A stretch of DNA of 64,000 nucleotides from Heteronotia binoei. Lineage: Eukaryota. Both the position numbers and the translations under genes were made by a program. Under the pieces are notes generated by a model. The model ran no database searches. It was not told the DNA's origin and saw only the letters and a program-made list of their open reading frames with translations. Location: contig NC_083224.1 of the NCBI RefSeq assembly GCF_032191835.1, forward strand, positions 91,202,001 to 91,266,000. The letters are read 5' to 3'. Shown here in pieces: positions 20,242-34,092 of this stretch (position 1 is its first letter; each line of letters begins with the position of its first letter).

Positions 20242-20343
20242 CCTCTCTAGTTTGTTGTGAAACTGTAGCTAAGTGGGGAGACCTTGGTTAAGCCATCCTG
20301 TCCTCTTTTGAGGCACAATGGGATAAAAACATGATAAAGGATC

Positions 20344-20759
20344 ATTTATTTATTTATTTATTTATTTATTCGGGATTTATATCCCGCCCTTCCCACAAGT
20401 GGCTCAGGGCGGCTTCCAACAATTGATCAAGCATAAAATTTAAACAATTTTAAGTATAAACAATTAGATACTTAAACATCTAAAACCTTAAAAACCAGTA
20501 ACATTTCATTTCATATAAACAGGTGGCTGGCCAGTTACATCAAGTTTTCATCCCAGCTAGGTGTAAGCTAGCCGGAAGAGGGTCGTCTTACAGGCCCTGC
20601 GGAACTGAACCAGGTCCCGCAGGGCCCTCACCTCTTCCGGCAGCTGATTCCACCATGTGGGGGCCATAACGGAGAAAGCCCTTTCTCTGGTGACTTTCAA
20701 GCGGGCTTCTTTTGGCCCGGGGATAGAGAGAAGATTTTGTGTTCCTGACCTCAGTGCAT
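20344..20759 (-). mobile_element. 5'-truncated L2 LINE
   Basis: Minus-strand peptide LRSGTQNLLSIPGPKEARLK...WWNQLPEEVRAL parallels the end of the 14667 ORF; (TTTA)n tail. Confidence 0.9.
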
Positions 20760-21448
20760 TTTCATGATTCAAAAGTCCTTAAATTCTTAACGTCAGACTT
20801 CAGTGTGGCTATTTTGATGATTTTATGCCTTCAGGAAAGACTTTTATCTTCATTTTTTTTCACCTTATTTCAACATTCTGTTTTTTTCTTTTGTAATCAT
20901 GAAATTTAATTGATGCTTTCTCAACAAGTAATTTGTGTCAAGTTCACTTCTTTGTGCTACAGTCGTTACAGTGCTTTTTAATATACTTGTAAATAGTATT
21001 TAAAAACTGCTGACAGGCAAGATGGGATTTCTTTGCAGTATAGTTAGATGAAAACAGAAACCCTGGTATGTGGCTTAAACCATAAAATGTTTGAAAAAGA
21101 ATAATTGTACTGGTGGTGTAGAAGCTCAGTTTGGCAGAGGAGTATGTATTTTCAAATTTAACTTTAAAAGTGTGGCTTTTAGGGAGTTTGTCTTTGTTGG
21201 CCAATTTAATTACTTATATTGCTTGATATAAATATTTTGATATGTTTCATCTTAGTGTATCAAATCAGCACAACTATAGAAATATTGAGGGTTTTCTAGA
21301 CCTTCATTGTTTAGGTTTTAGCCCCCACCCTCTACTCCAGAGCTATTGTATTGTTACTAATATTTATAATCAAGGCTAAATAACTAGCCTTATGTGGAAA
21401 TTAGCCCTAGGGACTAAAGGAATGATGTAATTGGATATTTTAGGAAAA

Positions 21449-22995
21449 GAGAACATAAGAACATAAGAGAAGCTATGTTGGATCATGCCAATGGCCCATC
21501 CAATCCAACACTCTGTGTCACACAGTGGCAACCCCCCCCCCCAATAGCCACTGATGGACCTCTGCTCCATATGCTTATCCAGTCCCCTCTTGCTATGCCT
21601 GTAGCTGCCACCACCTCCTGTGGCAGTGAATTCCATGTGTTAAGCACCCTTTGGGTGAAGAAGTACTTCCTTTTATCCGTTCTAACCCGACTGCTCAGCA
21701 ATTTAATTGAATGTCCACGAGTTCTTGTATTGTGAGAAAGGGAGAAAAGTACTTATTTCTCTAGCTTCTCTATCCCATGCATAATCTTGTAAACCTCTGT
21801 CATGTCGTCCCACAGTCAACATTTCTCCAAGCTAAAGAGCCCCAAGTGTTTTAACCTTTCTTCATAGGGAAAGTGTTCCAACCCTTTAATCATTTTAGTT
21901 GCCCTTTTCTGCACTTTCTCCAATGCTATAATATCTCTTTTTGAGGTGCGGTGACCAGAATTGTACACAGTACTCCAAATGAGGCCACACCATTGATTTA
22001 TATAGGAGTATTATGATACTGGCTGATTTGTTTTCAGTTACCTTCCTAATAATTCCCAGCATGGCGTTGGCCTTTTTTATTGCAGTCGCACACTGTCTTG
22101 ACATTTTCAGTGAGTTATCTACCACAACCTCAAGATCTCTCTCTTGGTCAGTCTCTGCCAATTCACACCCCATCAATTTGTATTTATAGCTAGGATTTTT
22201 TGCCCCAATTTGCATTACTTTGCACTTGGCCACATTGAATCTCATCTGCCACGTTGATGCCCACTCACACAGCCTCCAGATCCCTTTGGAGTGCCTCACA
22301 ATTCTCTTTGGTTCTCACCACCCTGAACAATTCAGTGTCATCTGCAAACTTAGCCACTTCACTGCTTACTCCCAACTCCAAATCATTAATGAACAAGTTA
22401 AAGACCATGGGACCCAGTACTGAGCCCTGCGGCACCCCACTGCTTACCGTCTTCCACTGCGAAGATTGCCCATTTATACTCACTCTCTGTTTCCTATTAA
22501 TAAGCTAGTTTTTGATCCACAAGAGGACCTGTCCTTTTACTCCATGACTCTTGAGCTTACTAAGGAACTTTATCAAAAGCTTTCCGGAAGTCAAGGTAAA
22601 CAACATCTATTGGGTCCCATTTGTCCACGTTTGTTCACCCCCTCAAAGAACTGTAACAGGTTATTGAGGCAAGATCTTCCCTCACAGAACCCATGCTGAG
22701 TCTGCCTCAATAACTTGTGTTCATCAATGTGCCTACTCATTCTGTCCTTGATAATGGTTTCTACCAACTTTCCTGGTATTGAAGCCAGACTGACTGGCCT
22801 GTAATTTCCTGGATATCCTTTGGAACCCTTTTTAAAGATGGGGGTGACATTTGCTACCTTCCAGCCCTCAGGAACAGAGGCAGACTTCAGTGAAATATTA
22901 TATATTTTTGTCAGGAGATCCACACGGAGATCCTTCGATTTCTTTCAGAACTCTTGGATGTATGCCATCCGGGCCTGGTGACTTACTAGTTTTTT
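21449..22995 (-). mobile_element. 5'-truncated CR1 LINE with RT fragment, disrupted
   Basis: ANVTPIFKKG...[36 protein letters not shown]-type motifs; terminal (AGAACATA)n repeat at 21449. Confidence 0.93.
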
Positions 22996-23298
22996 AATTT
23001 AGAATGATTATTGCTGTGTGGTTCTGTGAGAATAGGCAAGGCTATCAATTAGTAAACATGATTTGTTGATGATCACTGAAAATACAATAAAATATTAAAG
23101 CTTTGTTTACTATCAAGATGCAGTTTTATTTTTAAATTGCACAAACAGCCTATTAGTTTAATCATAATAACACTGAAAGAGTCTATTCTTTAACTGACTA
23201 GATCCAATATAGGCATCAGGGTAGGAAGAAACTGTGCCAGCAGTCAGAATAATGGCTGCATTAATTTGATGTAGAAAATACTTGGTAAATCTTCTATG

Positions 23299-23797
23299 GA
23301 ATCATAGAGTTGGAAGGGATCTCCAGGGTCATTTAATCCAACTCCCTGCACAATGCAGGAAATTCACAAATACCTTCCCCCTACACACCCAGTGACCACT
23401 GCTCCATGCTCAAAAGAAAAACCTCCAGGATCCCTGGCTAAACTGGCCTGGAGAAAAATTGCTGCCTGATCCCAAAGCAGCAGTCAGCATTTCCCTGGAC
23501 ATGTAAGAAAGGAGCACAAGAACTAAACACTGATGCAGCCTTCCTTCCCCTCCTTCCCATGATCTGCATAAGTTCTCAGAATCAGCATTGCTGTTAGATG
23601 GCCATCTAGCCTCTGTTTAAAAACCTCCAAAGAAGGCGAGCCCACCATCTGAGGAAGCCTGTTCCACTGAGGAACCACTCTAACCCTCAGGAAGTTCTTC
23701 CTGATGTTTAACCAAAAACTCTTCTGATTTAATTTCAACCTGTTGGTTCTGGTTCAACCTTCTCATGCAACAGAAAACAACTCTGCACCATCCTCTA
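23299..23797 (-). mobile_element. CR1 3' fragment (second family)
   Basis: FWLNIRKNFL...VPQWNRLPQMVGSPSLEVFKQRLD; ends ccttccaactctatgattc. Confidence 0.85.
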
Positions 23798-23802
23798 ATA
23801 TA

Positions 23803-24060
23803 ATGGGTGTCAGACTCATAAGGGCTGGATCTGACATAAATGATACCTTGTCGGGCTGGGCCATGTGTGTCATAAAACGTAATGCCAGGTAGAGGAGATA
23901 CAAACGGCATAGACAAACACAATTATTTTTTAAAAAAACTTAAAAGATTCTTAAAAGATTAGCACTCTTGCAATATTTTGTTTAACAATTCTGATAACTG
24001 ACATCTCTGAATTGTTTCATCAAAATATGAAGACACTGTCTGTGCTGTAGCAAACTTGAG
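23803..24060. mobile_element. Fragment of a probable hAT-type DNA transposon
   Basis: Begins gggtgtcagactcat...gggctggatctg, resembling CAGGGGTGTCAAACTC-type hAT ends (recalled, not searched). Confidence 0.4.
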
Positions 24061-24572
24061 GCAGTGCAGGAATAGAGAGACAGCCATGTAGAGTGGTTAG
24101 AATCTGGGAAGCCTAGGTTAAAAATCCCCAGTCTACAAAGCAAATGTGCTAGGTGAACTTGGTCTGGACACACACTCTCAGCCTCATCCATTTCACTGGC
24201 TTGTTATTCTTCATCTAAATAGTTCACATTGCTTTCCTACTGAGAAAGACTGGATCAATAAAGACATGAATACAGAGAAAAGAGGGAGGCAACCCAGTTG
24301 CACCCAGGAGACCTGTTTGCTCTGTAGCTCCTGTGTGATTGAGCAAGCCTGACAAAGCAAGCTGTGTTGCAGAAGGAAGCAAGAGAGAGGGAGCAGGGAG
24401 TACCGGAGAATTATAAGCACCACTTCCCCACATATATCTGTTCCAGAGAACACTTGAGTTGTTCCATTATTGCAGCACCTTCAGGAAGATGCTTTGTGAA
24501 AGACCACACAGTTTAGCCAACATTATTTTGTAGGATTTTCCTGTTGTAGCAGATTGGCTATATGTCCTAAAG

Positions 24573-24704
24573 CAAGGGTGGCCAATGGTAGCTCTCCAGA
24601 TGTTTTTTGCCTACAACTCCCATCAGCCTCAGCTCCCATACTGGCTGGGGCTGATGGGAGTTGTAGGCAAAAAACATCTGGAGAGCTTCCATTGGCCACC
24701 CCTG
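24573..24704. mobile_element. Fully palindromic hAT-type MITE, 132 bp
   Basis: gggtggccaatggtagctctccagatgttttttgcctacaactcccatcagcc / ggctgatgggagttgtaggcaaaaaacatctggagagcttccattggccaccc; TSD not convincing. Confidence 0.75.
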
Positions 24705-27700
24705 TCCATATTGATAACTTGGTATGTACTTTGTAATGTGTGATTGGAATACAGCCCCCTCCCCCCCCCAACTTTAAAATGTATTCACACAGAGAGTCAG
24801 GACATTTGTTCTTTCAGGTTTTTTTCAGCCTTGGTGTAATCAAGCAATCCAGTGGTATATGCTGTAACAATCTATCCCTCTTCTACTCCCCTTGCCCAAG
24901 AGTATCTGAGGGGTAGTCGTGAGGCTTTCCATGTGAACGAGAGGGCTAGTGCACTTGCCCCTTCCCCTCATATTGTGTGGGATTGGTCCCTGTCACCACT
25001 CAGACTTACCTGCCCTTTCCTTGCTATCAGCAGTTTGAGACACTGACAGTGTTGCCCTGTGTGTGTACTTGCTGCTATGCATTGCCCTTCCCCTAGCCCT
25101 GCTAGCCTTTTAACCTGATCAGGTGTTTGATCTATACATGGTTAAATAGACAGGCATTTGGGTGAGAACTTCTGGTCACAGTCTAAGATCTTTAGAAGGG
25201 AAAAAAAGATCTTTGCTTACTTCTATACTATTCTCCTTTTTTAGGAGCACAAACACATAAGAAGCTAGTATCAGAGTAGTAGCAGGAATGTTACAGAAAT
25301 CTAATAAAAAAATAAACAAGACCAAGGCCTAACTAACTTTTACAAGTCACTGGGCTTATCTTGACATTCCTTTCTGAGGAGTGGACACAAGCCAAGCTGC
25401 AACTTTGACATAGAGGCTGGTCAATGCAACTTCATTCCATTTCTATGTGTTCCCTGGAATTTGGCTTGTGTGTCTTCACAGAGTGTGTTAATTTTTTTTT
25501 ACTCTTTCTCTCCCAGGAAGGAGGGCTTCTCTTTAACCTATCTTTACATTGGTTTTCAGTTATTACATGTGCCACACTGCACTTTTATTCAATCATTACA
25601 AAGCACATGTCCTACCTTTTATGGCCAGATGCCCAAATAGCAGTCTCTCTTTGCCCTTCCTGGCAGATGGGCAAATGGTCACTGCTTTGTCCTATCCATT
25701 TGCCTTCACAAAGGGAAACCATTTCCTCCCAGCCTGAAATTTGAGGAGTTTATTGCTTCTTGATCAGGAAAGCAGGTGAGCTATCTGGGGGCCAGTGTCT
25801 CTTTTGTGTTAAACGAGGTATCCTGCATTTCCTAATCATAATGTATGCATGATGTATATATTATATGTTTGCATAGAATGCACAAGAGGGGAGGAAAAAT
25901 CCCTATTATCACCCAGTTGGCCCCCTCCTCTCTCTCTGCTTCCTCTTCTTATGTTTGCTTCTGCATTGCTTACTGCATGCCTAGACTTTGCTCTTTGCTG
26001 GGGGGTGGGGGTGGGGGAGCTAGTTTAAATCCCTTTTTTGTGTTTTTCTGTACACTTGATGTTTTCCCTGGATTTTCAAAACCTTACCCTGATACCCCTG
26101 TTGTGCAGTTTCTCTGACCTACAGTGGAGCAGCATATATGGCTGTTAGACCTAGCCATTGTGAAGACTTGAAAGGTATATACGGTACCTACTAACTTTGT
26201 AAAACATCCCAGAATTATAGTATTATCTTCAAGTGCAATTGTGAGTTTTCTTAAAATAATGGTGAACTAGCTAGCTCAAGGCAAAATACTTCACAGTGAT
26301 ATATCAACGTGAGCGTCATCTAATAAATCTTTCTATTGATTATGCCTCCTGTTTTGATAGAATTGGCTGTTAGTAATTTTATTACTTCTATTAGAACTAT
26401 ACTGGTTCTACATATAATGTGGACAGTTTGTGATAAAACCCCAGTGATTTAATCCCTGTAAAACTGTATAGGGGACAAGCTTTTGCAGTTAAAAAGCTGT
26501 GGGCTAATGAAAAGTGCTTAAGCTGTCTCCTACAACTCTCCTCCTTGCCTTTTTTTTTTTTTTTGCTGATGGGGATGCAAAAATGTTGCGATATAGAGTT
26601 ATTGGGGAGCAGGTGGGGGGAAAAGATTAAGTGCAACTTTTAAACAGCAGTCTCCACATCAGTGCCACTGTGTAGGGAACTGTCTTTTATGTAATGTAGT
26701 TGCATAATATGTAGAACAAAATTGTGGAAAATACCCAGCCATCTAGAAACCTGAAAATATCATAACATTCTGTGTCACAGAAGTTCCTAAAAATCTAATA
26801 CTAATGCACTATTGTGAGGCTAATGAGTAAGAGTTGGTTGGTTCCCATCTTGATTTGGCAGATCTCAAAAATAAGGTCCATACTGGGACAGCATCTCATA
26901 TCTGTTGGTGATTCATTTTAAGGTAAAGGAAAGAGGGTTTTTTTAAAAAACAAAACAAAACCCAACCCTTCTTTTGTATGAATTTCAGTACAGTTTTGGT
27001 ATTTGAGACCACCTAATTAAGTCAATAGTAGATTAATCTTCTTGCTTGTTCTGGAAATATACAGGGTATTACTGAAACCATGAAAAATTGTACTGCTTCA
27101 GTTTGGTTCGTGTTATTATCCAATATTTATATTGTTTTGTGGTTTTGATGGTCTTGTTTTTGGAAACATTGAGTGCACCAGGACATTAGTTGCTGGCCTT
27201 CTGACTTCATCTGGCAACACAGTTCTGATGTAAATAAAATCGTATTCTTCTTGTAACTGAGCTTGAGGCATGTTGGTATCTGATCTGCTGCTTGAAAGGC
27301 AGTTAATATTTTAAACAGTATATTATTCCCACACGCTTAGGAAGCGTTGGCTCAAAGGCATAGCAGTTGAGAATTGGTGCTCAGTTCACTGAAACAAAAG
27401 CTGCTAATGATGAAATACATATAAGCTGTTCTTTCCCATCCCAATACTGACTCTAACTTAGTTTGCACAATATGCTTTAGAGACAGTCTTCTGGGGAAAG
27501 TAACTGCTAAGATACTATTTCCAAGGGATTCCTAAGTAGGTAAACAAGAAGAATCATTACAAACTTAAACTGGTACTTCTATAAACTATTGGATATGCTG
27601 ATGCTTGTCCTATTTCAATATATGTACAACAACTGGAAGTTAACGTATCTCACTTTAGTAAGAACATTAGTTCAGTAATCCTTATACAGCCTAGTTGGGG

Positions 27701-28167
27701 GAAAATGTCATGGAAAAACAGTAGGGGAGACAGTAGCTTCAGCCTTCCACGATGCTTCCCAAATACATGATTATTAAAGGATTGGGAGCAATGCCCTCCA
27801 TAATGGAGTTCCCTCAAAGCTGTGTATGTGAGTGGCCCCTCATTAACACAGGAAGCCCTGGTTAGTAGCAATCTGGAGTCATGCAGGGTCTTGCAGTGCC
27901 CATTGCCCATTTTACGATTACAGCAATTATATTCTGCCCAGGGTGTGAATTGCCCTGCTCAGTGTGGGGTGGGGGGGAAGCTAGAGAAAACATTGCCTCC
28001 ATTCCATTCATAAATCAGAACAATATTACTATAAGGACATTTGGAATGAGGACAGACTTCCTTAATAAGACCCCCAAGAGTGTTGTAGAAAGTATTCCAG
28101 AGGAGTAGTAGAGCCTGATTTTTGTAGTAGAAATAAGCAGAAATCTAGTAGCACCTTAAAGTCTAAC

Positions 28168-28849
28168 TAGGGATGGACACAAACCTCCCCATGACCCTCA
28201 ATTTGTCACAGAAATCACTGGGTTGTGGTTTGTGAACCAAGGCTTGTACTCATCCCTATCCATGACCTTAAATGTGGTTTTTCGGAGGTTGGTGGGGCTC
28301 GTGATGGGAAGCAGGGAAGAGTGAGAAACATAGCTGAAGAGGCTTGCATCCATTTTTGTGGAACAGTGGGACTGGTGCACCCATCAGCTGTCAGGCTGAA
28401 ATAGATGCAAGCCATTTTATCTATCCCTTTCAATCACACACACACGCGCACCCTGCTTTCAAGGCATTGCTGAAATGACTTTTTGGGCTCTGTTGGGCAG
28501 TCCTGTTTAAACTTAGGTGCTCAGCAGAGCCCTGCCAACTGTGCGAGGAGAGTTCTTCTAACAGCATCAGCTCCTTTGAAGGCTCTGTTGGACAGTCCGG
28601 TTTGAACCAGGCTTCCCAGCAGAGCCTTAACCAAGGCTGCAGCAATGTGCTTTGCAAAAGCCATTTGAAGGGAATGTCCCTTCAAATGGCTTTTGCAGGG
28701 CACACCACATGAGGGCAACTGAGATCACCTGGTCATGAACCTCACAAAACGATCTGTTTGGTAACTGCAGAGGCTCATGAAGGTTTGTGGTTCATGTGGC
28801 CCCACAAGCCAAAACAAACCTCTGTTTTCACGCTTTGTACCCATCGCTA
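28168..28849. mobile_element. MITE-like element with TAGGGATGG...CCATCGCTA termini
   Basis: Imperfect TIRs tagggatggacacaaacc / tttgtacccatcgcta; internal direct repeats and a perfect 21-bp hairpin. Confidence 0.55.
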
Positions 28850-29306
28850 AGTCTTAGCAAGATCTTATTCCATAATAAGTATTCATGGGCTAGAACCTAC
28901 TTTGGCTCTATTCCATAAAAAGTTTATCTTGGAATAAAATTGTGGTAGTCTTTAGAATGCTACTAAATTCGTTTTTTATTCCTGGAAAGGATAATAAACT
29001 GTATTCTGGAATTCTGCATATGTATGCATATTTTATCCCCCCTTTGCCCCTCCAATGTTTTTGTTTTGTTTAAAGGCTTTATTGTGCCATACTGCATTAA
29101 ACAAGCAAACTAGGAAGAAATAGATGTTTCAGGTTATTCAGGATGTTTGGGAATTCTAGCAATAAGTCCTTTCTACTGTCATTTACTTACCATATATTAT
29201 CATTATGAAGGTCAGGACTTTTCTTTTCATGATGTAACTGCAGTTAGACTAAATTCATCTTCTAATGTAGAATCTGCTAGTCTCTGTATAATCTTAAGAA
29301 TCCTCA

Positions 29307-32300
29307 CTTCTCCCTCGGAGGCGGAAGACATCTCCTTGGGTTATTCCTTCTCTCTGTCAGGGAGGCAGGAAAAAACTTTTTCCATTTCTTGTTGGCGCCT
29401 TCAGAATGACCCTTGCCTTCAGTTCTGTTCCTGCCTCATAGGGAGCATTAGCAGATTCCATAGGCTCTGATCTGCCAATTTTATTTTCCCCTTCCTAGTT
29501 CTATTCTTTTCTGCTTCTTGCTATTCTTTTCTTAATATTCTATATATCTCCTCTTTTGTCCTCTTAGCTCAGTACCTCTCTCTTTTTCTCTTGAGGAGCT
29601 GGTTTTTTGAGTGCTCCCACCATTTATTCTTTTGCCTAATGGCAGCGCAGGAGCACTCCAACGTTTTTTCGGCAGAAGAGGAGATGGAGGCAGGCACCGC
29701 ATCGGCAGCCACAATGACTTTTTTGAGTGGGACCAAGCAACCTTTGTGGTTGGATTATGCCGTCCGCTCTGATATCCCTGGCAGTGGGGCAGTGGCCACA
29801 GAAGAAGATCGTAATGCAAAGCGCCACTATGCCACAGAAGATCTTCCCGGCCATTCAGCGCAGCTTGGTGCTGCTGGCGACCATCTTGGAGGTGCAGAGC
29901 GCAGCTTCTATACCTTCAACGGACCCAGTGAGTGCTTGGGAGAAGCCGGATGTATGACTCAAGGCTGCAGCTGCCATGGAGCTCCTTCGCACGGTGGTAA
30001 CGTACCGGATGATCAGGAGTCCATTCTTGCGTCAGGGCTCATGTCGGAACTAAAGCAAACCATGCAGGAACAATTTTCTGCCTTTTACTCCACTCTGGGC
30101 GTCTTCAACATGCAGGACTCTAAGCGTGCACCTTTAATCCCTTCCCAACCTAGTACTTCATGGCCCACCAAGGCTGCCAGAAAGGCTGCTATTCACAAAA
30201 AACGGCCAAGGGAGTCTGGGGATGAGTCTGGTTCCTCAGAATCTGATCAAGAGGGGTGTGAGGAGGCTGAATTTGATACAGACGAAGAAAGAGTCTGAGG
30301 ATACAAGGGCCCCAGAACAATCCAACAGACTGTTTAGTCCTGAGAACTATCATTTCTTATCATTTAAGGCCATAGCTGCATTAGAAATTCATGAATCCCT
30401 TTCTGATGAGGAAGAGAAGTCTAACAAAGCTAAATGTAAATTTAAGTCCAAGTTCACAGGGAATTCAGAGTTTTTTCTGCCCAGCATAGTAGTTGAGAAG
30501 GTGTTTCCATTTCCTGAATACTTTGAAAGGCAACTTAAAATAAAGTGGGACAAACCAGCTGCAAATAGGCAGTTCCCTCCTCTGGTTAAAAAACTCTATG
30601 CATTACCTCAATATGCTAATGAGTTGTTACAGGTACCTCCAGTTGATGCTCCAGTCACATCTCTCCAGTCCCCTGGTCTACTCTCCAAGGATTGTCATGG
30701 CAACATATGTGATACCCTGGATAAGAAGGTGAAAATAACCCTAAAGAGACTTTATGAAGCCATCGCTATAATGGTCAGGAGACAACTGCTTCCATTTCAT
30801 ACAGAGCATCTATTGTCTGGATACACAGATTAATACAGATGTTTCCAGAAAACAATTGTCGTATGTTAGATGGGGCCACTTGCATACTCAAGGCAGCTTC
30901 CTTCTCAGCAGACGCGACCTTAGACATCTTGACATTTGCTTCTAAGGCAATGGTTCTTTGGCTCAGGGCCTGGCCAGCAGACCTACTCTGTAAATCGTTA
31001 CTTTCCGCTTATCCATTTCACAGGGGTTGTTTGGTGACTTCTTGGACAGGATTTTCGTTGAGACGCGTGACAAAAAGGCCATGCCGAGGAGCATCAAGCA
31101 ATCAGACAAGCGGGGCAACCAATCCTTTTGTATCCAACACTCTCTGCCAAGATTTCGTTCTGACCACAAGAAGAACACATAGGAGTCCTCTAAGAACTTC
31201 AGGGAAAATTCCTCTGGTTCAAGATCCAACAAGCAACGTTTCAACAAGTTTGACTGTACTGGTTGTGACTCCAAGCCAAAACAGGACTAACTATATTCAT
31301 CTTCCAGTGGGGGCACGCTTGTCCCACTTTTTTCCGAACTGGTGGGCTTCTCAAGCAGATTCTTGATTCTTGGACATCGTAGCAGAGAATTACACAATTA
31401 AATTCCAGAGACTTCCACCCGAGAGATTCCTACAATCCCCTCTTGTCAAGAACCCTCACAAGCGCATCATAATCAGGCCATCCAACATCTATCCAAGCCA
31501 TAGAGCCAGTTTCCCCCTGCGAAAGAGGACACGGGGTCTGCTCCATCCTGTTTGTGTTCCCAAAAAGGACGGGGACTGGAAGTTCATTTTGGACCTCAGA
31601 TTCCCCAACAGATTTGTCAAATTGTGCCACTTTCGCATGGAGACTCTGAAATCCATAACAGAGATTTTTCAACCTGGAGACTTCATGACGTCAATAGATT
31701 TGATGGAGGTGTACCTTCATATCCTAATTCATCCATCTCTTTGGAGATTTCTGCAATTTGCTATAGTCAAGAGACACTTCTAATACAGGGCCCTTCCTTT
31801 TGAACTGTCAACAGCCCCCAGGGTTTTTTCCCAAGATTCTCATAAACTCTGTCATCTACTTGAGGAAACAGGGCATTTGTGTTCATCCTTACCTCAATGA
31901 TCTGTTGTTCAGGTCAGCCACTCTCTCCAAGTCCATTCAAGATACTCAGACAATGCTTCAATGTCTCCAGGATCATGGTAGCCAAGAGTTCGACTGTACT
32001 GAGGTGATCTTTCAGTTCATTTTCCCCATCGCAGAGGATAGAACATCTGGGCGCCATCATAGATTCGACCAACAGTTCCCTGTTTCTTCCCATAGACAAA
32101 GCCAAGAAAGTTCAGGATGCTTCAACTTCAGTGATTCAGAGTGCTCATTCCTCCCTTTCATCGCTGGCCAGACTTCAGGATCTTCTAATTCCTTGCCTGG
32201 ACACCATTCAGTGGGCACGTCTTCACTCCAGAGAACTTCAGATGTTCCTACGTCCGTCTGTCATTGCTAGTTCCTGCCAACGTCAGGTATAGTCTTCGTT

Positions 32301-33040
32301 GGTGAACAGTTTTGAACAACTTACTCCAGGTCAAGGTTTACTATGTTCCAGTAGTCCAGGAGATATTCACAGATGCCAGTCTGCAGGGATGGGGGGCCAT
32401 CCTGAATGAGGTCCCAGCCCAGGGTCTCTGGTCTTCCCAAGAACAGTCTCTCCCCATCAACATTTTGGAGCTTTGTGCTTTCAGACATGCATTGAGTTCC
32501 TTCCATACCAAGGTGATCTCTCAGCACGTGTTGATCCGAATGGACAACATCACAGCCAAAACATATATCAACAAGCAGGGGGGTCAAGATCTCGTCAGGA
32601 AGCCATGACAATCCTTTCGTGGTCTCAAAAGAATTTACTTTCCATCTGTACAGAACACATCAAGGGTGTAACCAACACACAGGTGGACTGGCTGAGCAGT
32701 GAGCAGATCAACGAAGACATCTCAGCCATCCCATCATTGTTTTTTCTGTCACTTCTCTGAACCTGCTGCTGTCTTTTCTTCTTACTCTGCTGATTTATGT
32801 TTTACTATGTTTTACATTTTCATAATGTTTCTGTTAGTATTTCAAGGTTATATATAGTTAATAGCTTCTCACTGCTTTCAGAGTCCCAAAACTGAGGGTA
32901 AGGGCCGTTCCGAAGGCTCCCAACAGGAATTGGAAAAAGTTTTCTCCTGCCTCCCTGATAGAGTGAGGGAATAACCCAAGGAGTTGTCTTCTGACCTCAG
33001 AGGAGAAGGACCCCTCATGCTAAAAACCAACGGTTGTTCT
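29307..33040 (+). mobile_element. DIRS1-like tyrosine-recombinase retrotransposon, internally deleted and decayed
   Basis: ITRs of about 120 bp (29307-29427 and 32888-33008); broken gag-like ORFs 29591-31366; RT VPKKDG...FRMETL...IDLMEVY, YLND; RNase H FTDASLQGWGA...INILEL...DN...YINKQGG. No MTase, recombinase or ICR seen. Confidence 0.85.
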
Positions 33041-33564
33041 ATTTAAAAATAAAGAAAGAAACCTTAGCAAAACAGCAATTCTCTAATTCTAATGAAAAAA
33101 ATTGCCAGCTTGTACTGTTATTTCTAAATATCCAGGCAACCTTCCACACTCAGAATTTGGCACAGATCCGAATTTCTGTTGTCCTCATTTTATATACTCA
33201 ACTGTGTACATGCCCAAATTCTGTGCAGCCAGAATTATGTAAACAAATAGACATGTTTGCATATTTTATGTTAGGGTTTGTTTGGACAATGGGTTTTATG
33301 TTTTCAATGATTTGGGAGTTTTTCTGAGAGGGGCCATGTGAATAGGAGCAGTATGGGTGTCCAAGAATAGGAGCAACAGGAGAAGAACAAAGGGGCTGTC
33401 ATGGACACTCATGTATGTTCTCTTTCTGCTGTAATTCCTTTTTAGCCCTCCTCTGACTTCTATATTGCTACCATACACACTGCCCACATGTTTTTATGCT
33501 CCTTTTTGCAGCCATAAAGGCTAGAATCTTGTCTTTAAAAACAGAAATTTACACTCTCAAGATC

Positions 33565-34092
33565 TATTTATTTATTTCATATCCCACCCTCCCCACCGAA
33601 GGCAGGCTCAGGGCAGCTCACAGGTTAGGGTCAAAAAATGACCAAACAAGATAAAAACATAGATAATACATAAAACATAAAAACAATATTAAAATATCAG
33701 TTTAAAAACAATATAACAGTAGATGCTAGTACAATAATTCATGATGTAATTAAATTTCGATGGTAGCAGTATAGTCCAGAATGATGTTAAATACATCTTT
33801 ATGGGTCTAATCCATTGCTGTAAGTTGTCCTTATGGAAAAGCAAGGTGGAAGAGTGTCGTTTTACAGGATCTGTGGAACTGTGGAAGCTCTCACAGGGCC
33901 CTAATGTCCTCTGGCAACTCATTCCACCAGCTAGGTGCAGCCGCGGAAAAGGCCTGGCTGTAGTATACTGAAGCCTAACTTCCCTGATGCTGGGGACTGT
34001 CAACCGGTTTTGAGACCCGGACCGAAGTGCTCACTGGGGCATATATGGGGAAAGGTGGTTCCTAAGGTATGCAGGACCCTGGCCATATAGGG
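33565..34092 (-). mobile_element. 5'-truncated L2 LINE, decayed
   Basis: L2 tail tatttatttatttcatatcccaccctcccc...gctcagggcagctcaca; minus-strand peptide LMTVPSIREVRLQYTTARPF...AGGMSCQRTLGP. Confidence 0.8.
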
